From Tubiluchus corallicola (Eukaryota; Animalia; Priapulida), in assembly GCA_030141605.1 (NCBI GenBank), contig JAQGDQ010000081.1, positions 434,001 to 498,000 on the forward strand: a DNA stretch of 64,000 bases. The letters run 5' to 3'. Position numbers and translations under genes: made by a program. The notes under the pieces were generated by a model. It did no database searches, had not been told where the DNA came from, and saw only the letters and a list, made by a program, of their open reading frames with translations. Of the stretch, positions 1 through 14,400 are shown piece by piece. Each line of letters opens with the position of its first letter. Positions within the stretch are counted from its first letter, which is position 1.

Positions 1-422
1 ATCTCTCGTCAGAAACGGAAAGCGTTGTTGAATAATGTTATTTTAAAGTTGTTTTAAAGAAACAATGTACTCTTGTCGCGTTGAAAACTCACTGGTTTTC
101 CCGCCGTTTTCTGCTGTGGTTGTAAATTAACAACATGAATTTATAGCTGCTTTTATTTGTATTTGTGGAAGCCGAGATTTCATCATGAGCTGTTAATCTT
201 GGCGGTTCTCTTAGCGTTTAAACATTGTGAGTTCTTGTCATCAATCTTTGTTCATGTCAGGACGCACTGTGTGGTTTTCATTCTTCTCCCGTCTGACATT
301 AAATTTTGATGAGCCTCGCAGAATTAAAAAGGTAGCTAATTATTATATAGAACAAAAAGTCCCAAAATTTACTAAACGCAACATACGCATCTTTTTTCGG
401 TATTTTGGTGTGTGCAAGCAAA

Positions 423-512
423 AAGAGAGAGAGGAGAGGGAGAGAGAGGGGGGGAGGGAGAGAAAGGGAGAGAGTGAGTCAGACGGAGGGAGGGGAGGGA
501 CAGAGGGGAGAG
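423..512. repeat. GA-rich low-complexity tract
   Basis: Purine-dominated GA/GGA repeats. Confidence 0.9.
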
Positions 513-522
513 AAACAGATAT

Positions 523-592
523 ACTGCTGTCATAATACTTAAAGTATCAATTTCTTGACTGCTGTCATAATACTTAAAGTATCAATTTCTTG
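523..592. repeat. Exact 35-bp tandem duplication
   Basis: ACTGCTGTCATAATACTTAAAGTATCAATTTCTTG x2. Confidence 0.95.
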
Positions 593-3500
593 TTAGATCT
601 CATATGTATTAATGAAGCCAAGAAAATATTCAGCTACCCAGTAAAAATTATTTCGTGTTATGTTTTTTGGTACGTTACATTACGTTGTGATGCGTTACGT
701 TATGTTGTGGCATGGCAATGGTATGGTTTTGTCCTGTCATTTCTAGTCTTGTTCTGTCGTCTGCTGTTCTGCTCTGATCTGGCCTCTTCTCATTGGCTTT
801 GCTGTCTTCTTTTCTTTAATCCTCTCGTCTGTTAAGTAGAACCTGATTAATATAAAAAACGTTGATTTTTTTCTTGAAAGAGATTGTTGAAAGTTAAGTT
901 GCGGAAGCACATGATTCTGAAACGGCTATTTTTATGTACAAGCTTCGCTTCTGAACTACCCTAAAACCTCTTCCCTTCACTTGCTTTTGATGAAAAATTG
1001 TCAAATTCCGGCGTCCGGAACACGCTCGTCTATCAGCGTGCAACACCCTTTTGCCAATCAACTGTGCATGTGCATATCATATATGCTCTATAGTTCATTA
1101 GCAGCAGCTAAGGAAACCACTCTCTGAAGCCAAACCAGATTACGACAGCTGCGAGAGGACAAATCAACACCTTTGGTTCGAGGCTAACCTCTGCTATTAA
1201 CCTCGCTGGCTGGCCTGATTTGGTGATAAATGAATTTGATTGAGCACGATTCTGCGCTCATTGAGCGGTAATTGTGTTAGAAGGGGGAGTGTGTTAACGT
1301 AGAAATGGTGGTAAAGGGGTTTCTATGACGTGATGACTGCTGATTCTAAACGACATTGCCAGAGGCGTTGTTCAGTTAGTGACATTCCGGTTGCATATAT
1401 TTTTGAACTAAATTAGAGAGGATTGTTAATAGATTTTTTGTTAACCAGTTTGTGAACAATTTAATCGAACTGAAGAATAAGTTTGCTATTGAGTAGAAAT
1501 GCAGCTAAACATCCAGCATCTAGAGTAGGTAGAGTAAGCATTGTAAGTTCACAATAACAAGCCCCTTGTCATTTTAAACTAGTCACGTGGTCGGTTATTC
1601 AGTTAGTGAATCACTCAATCAATTTGTCTGCCTGTCAGCTAGTCAAGCAGGTAGGTAGTTAGCCACCCGTTTAGTTAGCGAACCAGCTAGTCTGTCAATC
1701 AATTAATCAGATAGGGATGGGACAAAAAGTGAGTTATTCTTAAGTTTCCGAAAAACATTTTATTTCCAGCAAATACTGCATCCAGTTTTCAAATTCTCAG
1801 AATAGGTACTAGCCACTGTTTGCAATCCTTTTTAGCTTAAACAGCCATTTCCGAAATTAAATCAGTTGAATAAAACTGTCCTTAATTATTATTATTACGG
1901 TACTGAATTTCTAAATTGTATGCAAGACCATGTTGGTTAGATGTGCCTGGAACCTTGTTAGAAGGATGCTACTGCAAGCGTGTATCTAATGAGCGTGTCT
2001 CCTGAGATTCGTTTCCTGATTATCCCAATTAGTGGCCACAGCGCTGCAGGAGAACCACGTGCTTCAGAACGCGCGGAACTCCTTTACCTGTCGCTACTTA
2101 CATGGCTTCTACTGATTATGATTATTATGGAGAAATGCTTGCACGTATTTGCTTTAGACTGTACGCTCCTCATCTTTCTGTAATAGTGTAATGTATTTTC
2201 AAAGGAAAACAGGATGATTTTTCTTATCATTTTGAAATATGGTAAAATATACCTATAAAAATACTAAAGTATTTCTAGTCATTACATAATAGTTTAGAAA
2301 CTTGATTAATGGTCGGTGAGCACTGCAAGCAATCATGTCAGAACTAAACGTGATTTTGTAATAGCACAAAAATTCCACGTGTGGGTTGCACGTGTTTACG
2401 AAAGCGCGTCGTTTTGATACGCAAAACCGGGCAAATTTCTGTTTAAAAAATTTATATTCCAATATTACAACTCTGTAATCAAAAGCGATCTCACCACAGT
2501 ACGTCAGAACTGAACTAAACCGAACCTTTATTTTGCGCAATGCGTTTCCGAGATGTGGGTGCTGTGTCCATCTAACTAGGAAATAGAGAAACGCATGTAA
2601 CAGGGCCCAAATTTGAAATTAAACCCCTGTGATAATAATTCTTTCACGTAAGCCACTTAAAAATTATCTTTCAACATTTTATACATTAGCTTATTTTGAG
2701 CTATAGTTTAAAATTGGGTCCTATTTTTATTGTTATCACGACTACACTGTGCAGCTATCCTTTTTACAGCATTGTTGCTTCACTGTTGCTCGACTATCTG
2801 ACATATGCATTTCTGCAAAATTACTTAAAAGGGTGTCGGAAACATCTTTCCGAATGGACAATTATTGTATATTATTCTACTTAAAGCTAATTAAGAAGTA
2901 TTTCGTGTATAGTAGGAACGTAAACTTTTGTAGCTTAATCGTAACTTTAAAGCTACTGTCATCGCCTCCTTAACTACGTAATTATTTAAATGCACATGGG
3001 TAGTATACGAGTGTAGGCAGGAAGTAGATCCTTGGAAAAACCTGGCTGGCGCTTGCAATGCTTGGAATAGGTTTTCCTTCTGTTATTACAATTTCTAACA
3101 TGTTTATAACTAATTTGTAGCCATAGCCAATGCATAGGCGATTTGGAGAGTACTTATATAGTACGAAACTGCGCGCAGATAAATAGAGAGATTAGTACTG
3201 CTTGTTGTGACTGTAACTCGAAATGACGTCTAACACATTTATTGTAAATTGTATTTCAACTTATCGTCTAACATTGTACAATTGTTGTGAATAAGTAATT
3301 GCATTAAGATGTTTTAATCATTCGTTCGTTGCATTTATTTATCTTAAGCAACAATGCTGATAAAATGAATAGCTGCACAGTACACACAATAGTCGTGATA
3401 ACAATAAAAACGGTGTTGGATATAGCCTAGCAATCGCTTTATTTATCCAAAGCAATTTGGCAAGACCAAAACCACGCCTAACCCGTGGCTAGTCTTTCGT

Positions 3501-4182
3501 AACTCCTTTTTATTGTGTGACCACTCCTATTGTAACTCTCGCAAACACAATTTTGCTAACAGTGTTTATGAAAATGAATGATTTCTTGGCTCATCATGCG
3601 GTTATAATAATTATCACTTTGTTTCCTCCCTATTACGCAAAATAGAGAAGCATAAAACAAAATAACAAATGATACTGTGCGATATATTTGAGCATAATGT
3701 TCTGGGTTTTGGCAGCTTACCCAAACACTATAAAACGTTCGTGCGTGCGCTGCTAGATCATTAGGCCTAAGCGCAATCAGCATTACGGGAGCCAAAGTTG
3801 TCACCAAGCCGGAAATTAATGTGTTTGCTTGCATGAAATACGCGAAATCATTAAGCTTGGATAAATATAGATGTTGTTTGTTAGGAGCAAAGATTTGTTA
3901 GCCCGTGCATATGGAATGTATCTGCATTTTTATTTTAAAGTGGAGTGAACTGCAGTACTTTTATATTCGCGAATAGTCAAAGAGCTATAAAAAAAGGTAG
4001 GAGCAGTAGAAGAGAGAACAAACAAGGGTATCAAAGTAAGCAGTACAGGCAGTTTTAAAATAAACGACAGCGGAAACAAGAGTGTTAAAGTTAACAATAG
4101 AAACAATTGCATTACTAAAAAAGAGCAGGTTCAAGCAAACAACAGCAGAAACAATGGCACTGAAGCAAACAACAGCAGAATT

Positions 4183-4901
4183 CAGAGATTTGCCGCTCAA
4201 GAGTAGACTCCAGACTAATTTTTGCCAGTCTTGGTCTCGCGAATTACAATTTTTCTGGTTTTGGTCTTGGTCTTGCGGTTTGCACCACTTTTTAATCAAA
4301 GCGCAGTTAATTTTATCATACACTAGGCAAAATTACCTAGCAGCACAATTTTTGTCAAAACACTAGCAGACAAATTTCTGATTTTATGTATATAGTGGAC
4401 AGGTAAGTCAACTTGGGCAAAACAACAGCTAGCCACTTAGCCGCTGGCGGAACGTAAATGTGAAGTCTTGGAATTTGCACTTAACAACTGCATAGCTGAA
4501 GTTAAAGGTTGGTAAGCACAATTGAGATAGCGTTATTCAGCCGACATATCAATTGCCAAAATATGTAGAAAATTGATTCACATTTTAAGTTCAAACAGCG
4601 GTATTACATGTAGTGGCTTAATGTTGCCAAATTTGGCTGTTTTCAGTGCTTTTGGGAATTCTTTCTTCAATTGCTGTGCAGTCATTTTATTTACCATATG
4701 ATGTGTCAAAAAATGACCACGGAATTTATGCTAAATTATTTTAAAGCAGCTTTAACATCTCTGAACTTGTTTTCTGTGAAAGCATGGTTCTCGGTCTTGG
4801 TCTCCAACAATGCGGTCTTGAATTAATAGGTTTTAGTTTTGAAAGTTGCGTTATTGGTTTTAATCTTGGCCTGGACTACCCCAGTCTTGGGCACATGTCT
4901 G
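4183..4901. mobile_element. Old hAT-like MITE with GGTCTT repeats inserted into a minisatellite
   Basis: Imperfect TIR CAGAGATTTGCC / GGCACATGTCTG; flanks GCAGAATT / GCAGAAAC; host repeat resumes after it. Confidence 0.62.
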
Positions 4902-7900
4902 GCAGAAACAATGGCATTATTTAAATTAATTATAGCAAAATCTAGTGCACAAAAATACTATCAAAAAAGAACTGATAACAATATCAAATACATCGTACAA
5001 AAACAGTAACATCAGCCACACCATGAAAATAATTATTGACAACAATGTGCACAAAGACTAACAGCGTAACTTTAAAACAGACATCGCTGTCTTAAAATCT
5101 ACGACATGACTACATTAGTATAGTCATCAGTGTAGTATCCCCAAATGCTTACAACTGCAGTACCAACAGCATTACTAACTTATTCAGCAAAATTCCCATC
5201 AGAAACACAACAGAACTGTAATGTTATCAGCTTGGTATGATCGTTTAGTGATCGTTTAAAATTTTCCACGCCAATGACCTACATCTTTGCATCAGCCTCG
5301 GCAATATGCTACTTTGTACTACCTGTTAGTCTTTTCAACCTTTTTGCTTAGTCTCCTTCCTATTAAATCACGTTACAACAAGGACTGTTAATGGCTAGAT
5401 TCAAACTAATGCATACGTAATCATGTTTTGCTTTTCCTTTGAAGTGAACGAATGATGCCTTTTGCATCAAGCAGCTTACTAAGCTTAGCTGAAGAGGATA
5501 ATGGCGAGGTGATGAAATTTTATGCAGATGGAAAGCGGTAAACTGAATGAGGTAATTTGTGTTAGAGGCGTGATAACTGATGCAACCGAGTTTGGAAAGC
5601 CTGTCGCAAAACAAAACGGGTATAAGACAATGCGAGAAAAAGAAGTCAGAAAAAGTAGAAAGAGTGAGCCTTGTTTTGTAGTCGGTCGTTATACTCCGCT
5701 CATTGAATGTAAACTTTGTCATTGTGCATTTTTAGTTGCACATTGGTGAGGAAAAGCTTTTTGCAGGCCTTTTGTCTCACAGGCAACCCAGAATTTCGAA
5801 TGAGGATAGAGTTGTCCAAGATATTTAACTTGAGAATCATGGAACTTGCAAAGTTGCAAAAGGAGAGCACTTTGCACTCCAGCACTCACAGCTAACAAGT
5901 TTTAAATAGGCTGTTCCTTCATTTTTTCCCTTAATGAGTACATAAAGTCTGAACATAACGCATAGTTTTACTGGACGTATTAAATTAGGTTAGATTGTAT
6001 TAAATTTTAATGTAGACACATTTGAGGAGTACGTGTTTCTACTTTCTGTAGTACTGTAGAATGGTGGTAAGGTTTTGTGGCTTCTAGATTTATCGTTTTC
6101 TAAGAATCTAAAAATCTAGAATATTGATAGTTTGGCTTTAAGATTTCCAGATTTATCGTTGAGAATATAGACTGTTCATTGTTTAGCTCCGTTTAATTCA
6201 ACAGATTCTATCTATAAGTTTCATATTGTACTACTTTTTGGACGCTCATCGCTTTTTTAGAACATCACCTTTTTATAATCAGCAGCTGAAAACAACAGAC
6301 TAGTACAGTTTTCTTCTTGCAGCATTTCTACAACAACACAATTCACAGTCTGCTGGATCAATTGCAACCAATCATCATTTATCTTGATCAAGACAAGTTT
6401 CCAACATTCGTTGTGTTGCGTGCACGCTAGATTAGAATGAACTTGAATTGTGGGATTAACAACACCACACTGGCTTACGTTATTTCCGCGGTTTTTAAAT
6501 TTTAAACAAGCATTAGTAACGTGTGCAGCTGTATAAAACAGCCTAAAGCCCTGTTCACACCTGATGCCTATGTCTTGCCCCAAAGAAGATTATTTACTCT
6601 TGTTAATTTCCGTTGTCTTTTTTATTTGCAGTGCGTCTGTGTTTTTTCTATGTGATTGTATCCTTTTTTGCGTGATAGCTTTATGAGTTAAAAGTCACCA
6701 AAAAAAATTACTGTTAGTCCGTGTCATTTTGACCGTTTTTTCACGCGAAGCTAAAGTACGATAATAGTTTGAAACGCTGTTTTTCTTTCTTTCTTTTAAT
6801 TGTGGGATTTTTAAATAAAAAATTGATTTATATGCGCATAAACGCCTTATACCTTTCTAGATCTGGCAAAGCCTGACTAGGCGAGTTAAATTTCCCGGAT
6901 CGTGTTTAAAAGATGAGTTAAACACGATTATCCTTGGAATAATTTATGTGTAGAAACCCTATTTCCGGAGATCATTGCCAACATAAGTCCCATAATCGCG
7001 ATGAGTACATTTTCATCAAATAAAATCGCCTGTACTGATGAAATTAACAGCTAATTATGCATATTTACGTCCTATCTCATGTCCTCGTCGCAAATGCCCG
7101 ATTTAGGGATTTATTTTAATTGGCAATTGCCCAAATGGAATTGCATTTTCCTTGTTGATACGGACTTAGCGCAATGATTTATATGTGACATTATTTATGA
7201 TAATGAATCTGGCATGAGCTGGATTGCGTAAATGCAAAATTCATTCATCCAGGAAATTTATTGAATTGAAATAAATTTCGAGAAGAGAAGCGGTATTGAA
7301 ATTTGGATTGTGTTAACGGCTGAGTTAAGCATTTAAATTAAACTCAAATGAAATGAAAACGCTATAGTAAGTCTTTTTGCCCTTTTCGTTTGCTTATGCG
7401 TCATGTGAAACTGTCATTAAAATATTTATAGGATCGTGCCTGATTTTAGTTTTTGAGGTTTTATTATTTTTTCTTCATGATTAAAAACATTCATTTTGCG
7501 ATACTCAAAAAATTACTACATTTAGAGATATTGTGCATCAGAAATTTTCAATTTTCCAGCACTGTAGTGTAAAATCATCAGACAGCATAATTAAAAATTT
7601 TTTGTAATCTTTGAATATCACAGTGATTGTTGTCTGAACTCAAACTGTCGAATTTATGTACAACTGAGTGGCAGTAAAAAACGTCCCATTTACCTAAAAG
7701 TTGCAATTTCAGGAGTTATTTCAAATAATTGTATTTTGGACAGGTAATTTAGAGCCTAATCTGCAAATCGTAGAGAATAAAATAATTAAAAACTGAATAT
7801 TAGTGATCATGTCACTCTTAACATGAGGCTTCTGTTATTTGTTATCGAATAACTCAGTGCACAAACAGTTCTCTATTTCCTGCAAATACCCGCTTGCTTG

Positions 7901-10900
7901 CATGCATATGAAGCGTCCAAGGAAGTGCGAAAATCCTCGTGTAATCCTAGAATCAATTCGTCTCCATCATCCACGCTTTTTCTGCTGCTATTCTCCATGC
8001 CACGCGTTGCAGAAAAATTGAAAATAATTGTATCTTGGGGAGTATTAGTTGCTGTCACCGCTGTGTGCTATATGCTAGTTTGGCTTCATTTCTTGTTCTG
8101 AAGTTGATTAGCCTTGTGTCTAACCCGTTTTGGTATTTTCATATTTATGAAGCTGTTTGCAGTGTTGTAATGGCGTGCATAAGGTCTAAGGCTAGTATCA
8201 TTTTTGCGCACAAAGGCTTGTGAAATCGGGAAGTGTCCTTAGTTTTCCCGGCTTTATGTCTGAAATTATCGCTCCCCTTTTTACAAGCGTTTGCAGCCAG
8301 AATTGTGGTTTGTTGAAGTTGTAAGGATCAGGTTGTAACTTGTACACTAGCTTTCCAGCTCTCAAAGTCTTAACTTTTTTGTGTTAAATCCATGGGAGCG
8401 CTGTTTCCTCAGTGGAAGGATGGTTTTAACTGTCTTCACTTTCTGTGGTTGAGAAAAGACGTATATGGGAAGGCGTGTAACACGTGGCCAAGGCATTTTT
8501 GTGGTCCAGTTCTTTATTGCAGACGTTTATTGGACTTTGTCCTTGATAATGTGTTAGCTTTCTGTCCTGCTACACCCTTCTGCATCTCACGCCATGCTTA
8601 TAGACTTGCAGAATTTCGAACTGGATAAAAATGGTGCCGAATTTTGTTCGCTATAGAGAACTTGCATCAGGTGTGGTTTCATGTACCTTGCTAGAGTTCA
8701 TAGGAATTCCAATTCTTGCTGGTTTTAAATTTAAACCCCGATTGCTGGTTTTAAATTTGAAATTAAGAAAAATAAATCCATATAAAAACACAAACATAAA
8801 AATTGTAGACATTGTAGACAAATGGTGACTTAAAACTTAAAGAAAATAAGCAGAAACTCAAAAAATAAAGTTTAAATTACAATCCCAAAAGAACGTAAAT
8901 TAAGTAAACAAAGCAAAAATCTTTGATATGTTAAAGAAGGCGAAATAAAAATACAGGCCATTAAAAATGTTATATAATGCACAGCTAAAAAAATCAGAAT
9001 ATGGAAGAAAATTAAGACAATAATAAAAACATTTACAATAAAAATCCAAAAAATTAAAAAAATAAAATAAAAGAAAGCTAAGATTAGCAAACTGCTATAT
9101 TTATTCACCAGCTAACAGCGACAATAATAAAATGTCAGTGTCTTCTATCCCAAAACTCGTTTAGTTAATTTTTTAAATTCTGTCAGAATAATTTTAAAAA
9201 TGTCACCAGACGTGCGTGAAATCGACAATCTAGGACATTAACTAACCTAGAGCCACTGTTTTTGTTTCAAAACTTGTTCATTGTTGTTCCGAAAAAGCAA
9301 ATGCCTCGACGAAATAGGATTAGTCTTAGCGTTCTAAAACTTTTTGCAATTGATTAGCAATATAATTTAATGCATTCTTTTCTTTTACCGTCACCATCAT
9401 CATCACATCGTTATCATTATCATTTTAAAATCAAAGTAATTCAGCTGCAGTTGACAGACACCGTCCATTTGTAGATAATTTCTTCGGCGGGAAAGAGAAA
9501 CTCATTTCTTTCTCCTTGCCACATCCATTAGCGAAGGGATTTCATCTTCCAGAAACGCTTTGCATTTTTGTCAAATTCCGTGTTTTTGACATGTGCTGAA
9601 ATAGAATTGCCTGTCAGAAATTTTTTGAACTATTCTTGCCTCTGAAAGGAAAGAAAAAAGAAAAAAATTAAAGCATTAAAAAAATATTCAATGAATTTTT
9701 TTAAGTAGTAAATTCGGTAAGTTTATCTGCATTCATGACAAGACTGTATTAGACAAGACTTATATCAGTTTACACTTTATAGAACTATCATCTTTTGTAA
9801 CTGGCACGTATTACAGTTGCTCAGAAATTAAGGCTTAGGCCACCTGTCTCGACTTCTTCTCGCAGTATCTTACCTATAGAAGGAAATGAAAATGAAAACA
9901 TTTGTAAATAGAAGTATGAAGATGCAGTTAGTCAAAAATATACTCGTAAGTCGTAAGTAAAAAACGAAATATGGTTGCAAATGTTTTTAGACAAACTTCA
10001 TGAGGTTGTCACCTGATTATTCTTCCAAAGGGTTCTCATGGAGAACAACAAGTTCTTTCCTGGTTTTGGCTTCTAAAGCTTTTCATTTTACACTTCATTA
10101 GCGGGAAAAATCTATTACAGGTTTGAGCGAGAAACCTTTGTGAAGATTATCAGTAGAAAGACGTTCAATGTAGCTGTGTAACGCGCTCTAAATTGGCGTG
10201 GAGAAGGCGAGAGATCATTTTATTTCTTGCGCGGGGATTGGCAAATAAGCTCTGCCTGCTAATTCCGGGATGTGGCTGTAATTTCTGAAATCAATGGAAC
10301 CCAAGACGGATTTCGATTTAACTCTTTACAAATCCCAAACTGACTAACAATTCCTGTGTTTCAAAGATCATTAGGACCTATAATTTTTTCACGCAAAATA
10401 TTTTTCTGGCCATCTTGAGCTTACAATTTTCAAAGAATTTACTAAAATTGCCTGAGTCTGCTTGTATCAGATTACAGGAAGGAAAAGGAATTCTTTAAAA
10501 AGATTGTGTTCATTTAACTAAGGTTCTTTTTCGTCAACCATAACCATCCCTTCAAAAGTTTCAACATTTTGCTCTAAAATAGAGCCTCATATGGTGAATT
10601 CGTCCTACAATTTAGGATAAAGTGATCAGCGTATAGCCCCAATTCATGTTCTTTAGAAGGGGATCCGTCTTCGTTATTTTTGCTGACAAACCGGGTCTAA
10701 TTAGCTGTCAGCACGCGCGCCGAGGCAAATCTCCTTAATTAGGTGCTGAAATGAGATTTTTGGATCCGTCCCCGACCTCCCCCGGGATGTGGGCGTGGCT
10801 GTGTTATTAATTACCGGGATTAAGAGAAGCCGAAGCGTGAAAGCGCTGATTGGAGAGGCGATCAAATTTAAATCTGTTGCAAACAGCGTGTAAATTCTGT

Positions 10901-11269
10901 AACAAATGAGCACGTCATAATTTATCATTTTCATTATCGTTTTCACTTTTTGCGCAACAGCACTTTCATTCGTCTATTTTTCAACTGTTTGTGACTATCT
11001 GGAAATACGTTTGATGCGTGCGAAATTTGAAAATCCTTGTTTGTTTAGGGTTCCAGGATTTTTTTCACCATATATGGCTAATCTTTCGGCCATCTTTTGC
11101 ATTTCAAGATACCATTGTCATCTTCGTCACCTGCTGGTTAGTGTGCTGCTGTCATTTTCCTTTTAGGTGCTTTGATCCTTTTATAAATTGTGTCAAAGAC
11201 AAAGATGGGTCGACCTAACCGACCTTACCGATCCTCAGAATCCACGTTTTTAGCCGTTTCTGTGATATA

Positions 11270-11465
11270 CGGCGTCTACTTGTTTTTGGTGTCTACTTTT
11301 AAGATGTCTTGATTAGTTTGGTGTCTACTTTTAAGATGTCTTGATTAGTTTGGTGTCTACTTTTGAGATGTTTCGATCATTTTTGGTGTCTACTTTAAGA
11401 TGTTTTGATTATTTTTCGAGTTTATTTTTAAGATGTAATGGATATTTTTTTGGTGTCTATTTTCA
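11270..11465. repeat. Minisatellite, about 32-bp unit
   Basis: Repeats of TTTGGTGTCTACTTTTAAGATGTCTTGATTAG. Confidence 0.9.
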
Positions 11466-14400
11466 CAATATCTGGTTATTTCAGCCATGATTTTTAAAAT
11501 GTTATTTACACAAGTGACTTCATTATCTATTTTAGTAGCTTTGAATGTAATCGTTTTACCAAGGCATTTAAAAGTTAGGTTACATGTACATGTGTTTGTG
11601 GTATGCCTCAAAAACAGACCAGCTACTACTTCCCTTAGTGTATAGTGCACACAATTTCTATAAGAGGTACACACAACGTAGGAGGTACATCTATATTTCA
11701 CTGCTTCACGTGATTCATTTTTCGTAACCTAGCGCATGGCTTCATTTACTCGTCATCTCTGCCGTCAAGAAAATATGACTGACGAGACAAAGATCTCTTC
11801 TTCCCCATTGTCATACAAATGGAATTATTCTGGTGCCATCTAGGGCCACACTTCCAGCGCTTTCATATGTAAAGCATTGCTTGAAAGGCTGTGAATACGA
11901 TCTGTTATTGGACGTGGAAGTTTCGCATTAATGCATGAAAGAAGTGGCTAAGCTGTCATAAGCTGGCGAGTGTTGTTTCGCAAATAATTGGTAATTGAAC
12001 GCGGCTGCTTCTGATAAAGTGAAATATAAACAGTTAATCATCGGGCTTATGATAAGTGGGATGTTGATATATGTCATACAAGGAAAAAATATCTCCCCTC
12101 TATTTCTTTCCCTTCTCTCTCTCACTTTTCTCTGTCTTTTTCTTGTGGTTTCTTCCTATAGCCTCATCCTCTCTCTCTTGCCAAGTCTTCTTTCTTTCTA
12201 TCTTGTACTCTACCCTCCCTCTCTCGTTAACACTGTCTTCCATTATTGACTCACTTTTTGTTCACTCCTTTTTTGCTGTTTTTTCTTGTCCCTTTTTTGA
12301 ACTTTACCAAAGGCTCACCTATGTAATATGGACGGATATCCTCACTTTCACGAGCACAATACTGTAATATGCATTGCTAATACACCATTTTACAACACAA
12401 TTCTCTGTAAATCCGTTATTTATGTCTCCCGATATCGCATTACTATCCAAATTACCACCATGCAAATCACTGCCTTCTTTTATTTAACTAAAATATTGCT
12501 ACAGATATTTGTTTTCGTAACAGCGTTCATCCGGACGAAATTGGATATATTTCTAATAGAGTTTCGTCATGTAACGCGCACGTATTCATGGTGTTAAATA
12601 CTAACTAGAGGATCCTACTAGTCGCGTCAAGTAAATTTTGATATTAGGAATTGGCCTGATTGGGTCTGTCAAAGTTTAGTACCAAATCTACATGCTATGG
12701 TTAAATTTGTGAAAGTATTACGTTGCGTAATGCCTTGAGAAGAAAATGGAGATTGAATGATGATCTAACTCAGAAAAACGTGGCTAAGCTAGGAACGAGG
12801 AAGTGGCAAGGCTTTTTCCTTAATTTGCGCAGCAACTGTTAGCTTTCATATTCACAAACTGACTTCTCGTAATGTGAGAGTTACATTACTATAGGCTTTG
12901 CAACCAAGCTATACCATTGCAACAAGAATTTTGCGCTATATTCATTATAATAAGCAACCATCCTTATTTAAACGTACTTTGTCTTTTGCATGTGTATAAT
13001 AATCGTAAAATTCAAAAAGATTAAAACCACATATAAAACCACATACCACAAACAGTTTACATGCCACAAACATTATTAATCGCATATCCTGTAAACTGAA
13101 AAGCCAATAATTAATACTGAATTATATTAAGATTGCCTTGAAATTTATGTACCTGAATCTTGAGTGGCATAGTGTCTGCGGAATTTTCATGACATTACAC
13201 TGGGAAGTGAAAAGACTGTGAAAGAGGTGGATGTATTGACAGGTAATTACGCGAGCTCCGGCGATTCTTGATGAGAAAATCCTCTAAATTCCTCAGTGTA
13301 ATCTCCCCGGCATTGCTCGGAGCTAGCCTATTCATGGTCTTCGGGACAGGCATGTTTACTCTCAGCAATAAATCTGGTATGAATTTAAACCCGCCGGCAA
13401 ATGTTTTGTCCACAAGAATCACAATTGCTGAAATCTTCAAAACAGACATCGAGAATTTCGTCGTTTTTTACGTGGAAAGACATGCCGCACAGTTTCAAGA
13501 GCCAAGCTGTCTCCCCATTTGGAAATGGTTGCTGCCAAAATGGTTGTATGGTTTGTTATACATCGCCAGTGATTAATTTTCACCGTTCAGGTTTATTAGT
13601 GAGAAGGCAAAACCGCGAGGTTCATGAATTGCTTTTACGATTGGTTTAGTGAGAATTTATAGATATCTCACCCGGTAAACATTCAATAAGCTTCGCTATT
13701 AATCATAAAATCTGGTCACGGCTAATCTACGAGCTTTGCTGGATTGTGTAATACCTCATTAAAGCGCGTGTAATACGTCATTAACTCGCAATAAATATTT
13801 CTTGGCCTACCTTGTACTTTGTTTATTAATGTCCTGTGTTGTGTCAGAAGCTAAAATGATTGGTGGAATGTAAGAAACACTATTTTTCATACAAATAAGC
13901 ATAACTTACAATTCATTGATTGTCAAGTCAATCTGTTTTATACTCGGCTGGGGCAGAATCACTATATCAATCATGCTGGAGAGAGTTGGCTATTCTCCAG
14001 CTATTTATTCAGAACTTTTCCCAAAAAGTATTTAGGAAGTTTAATTTTTTTAAACTATTTCATGTCTTTACGTTTAAATTGACTATGTTTTTTCCTGGAA
14101 AAAGCCAGCATGTAAGCAAATTTAAGTTGGCAGATAAAATTTGACCGACTTTAAGATGCATCAAGGTTCTCCACTTCCTATAGCGTTTGAACCAACAGAG
14201 GAGTCATCTTGTGAGGCACACATACTATGAAGAGATGTAGCAAATACTACGTGCTCCATTAACCATGGTATTGCTTGGCTTCAACAGACAGTATTACTTG
14301 GCTTCAACAGGTGAACTTGCGAGTCTTAGAACGTGCATCGATGAACGTTTTTACTCTCCATCTTTGAATTTATTCTTAACGCCTTCTTCGATTCTTCTTA

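Noticed and set aside
4396-4402. 7-nt tag|...|gtaagt microexon on plus strand
   Set aside because: Inside a transposon remnant, frame-shifting, poor pyrimidine tract.
11270-11465. Repeat arrays (also 17742-17968) as possible CRISPR
   Set aside because: Head-to-tail units without unique spacers, no cas genes, eukaryotic context.
13268-13576. ORF with hydrophobic stretch as Ddr signal-peptide exon
   Set aside because: No convincing phase 1 donor at a suitable position; looks like non-coding island.
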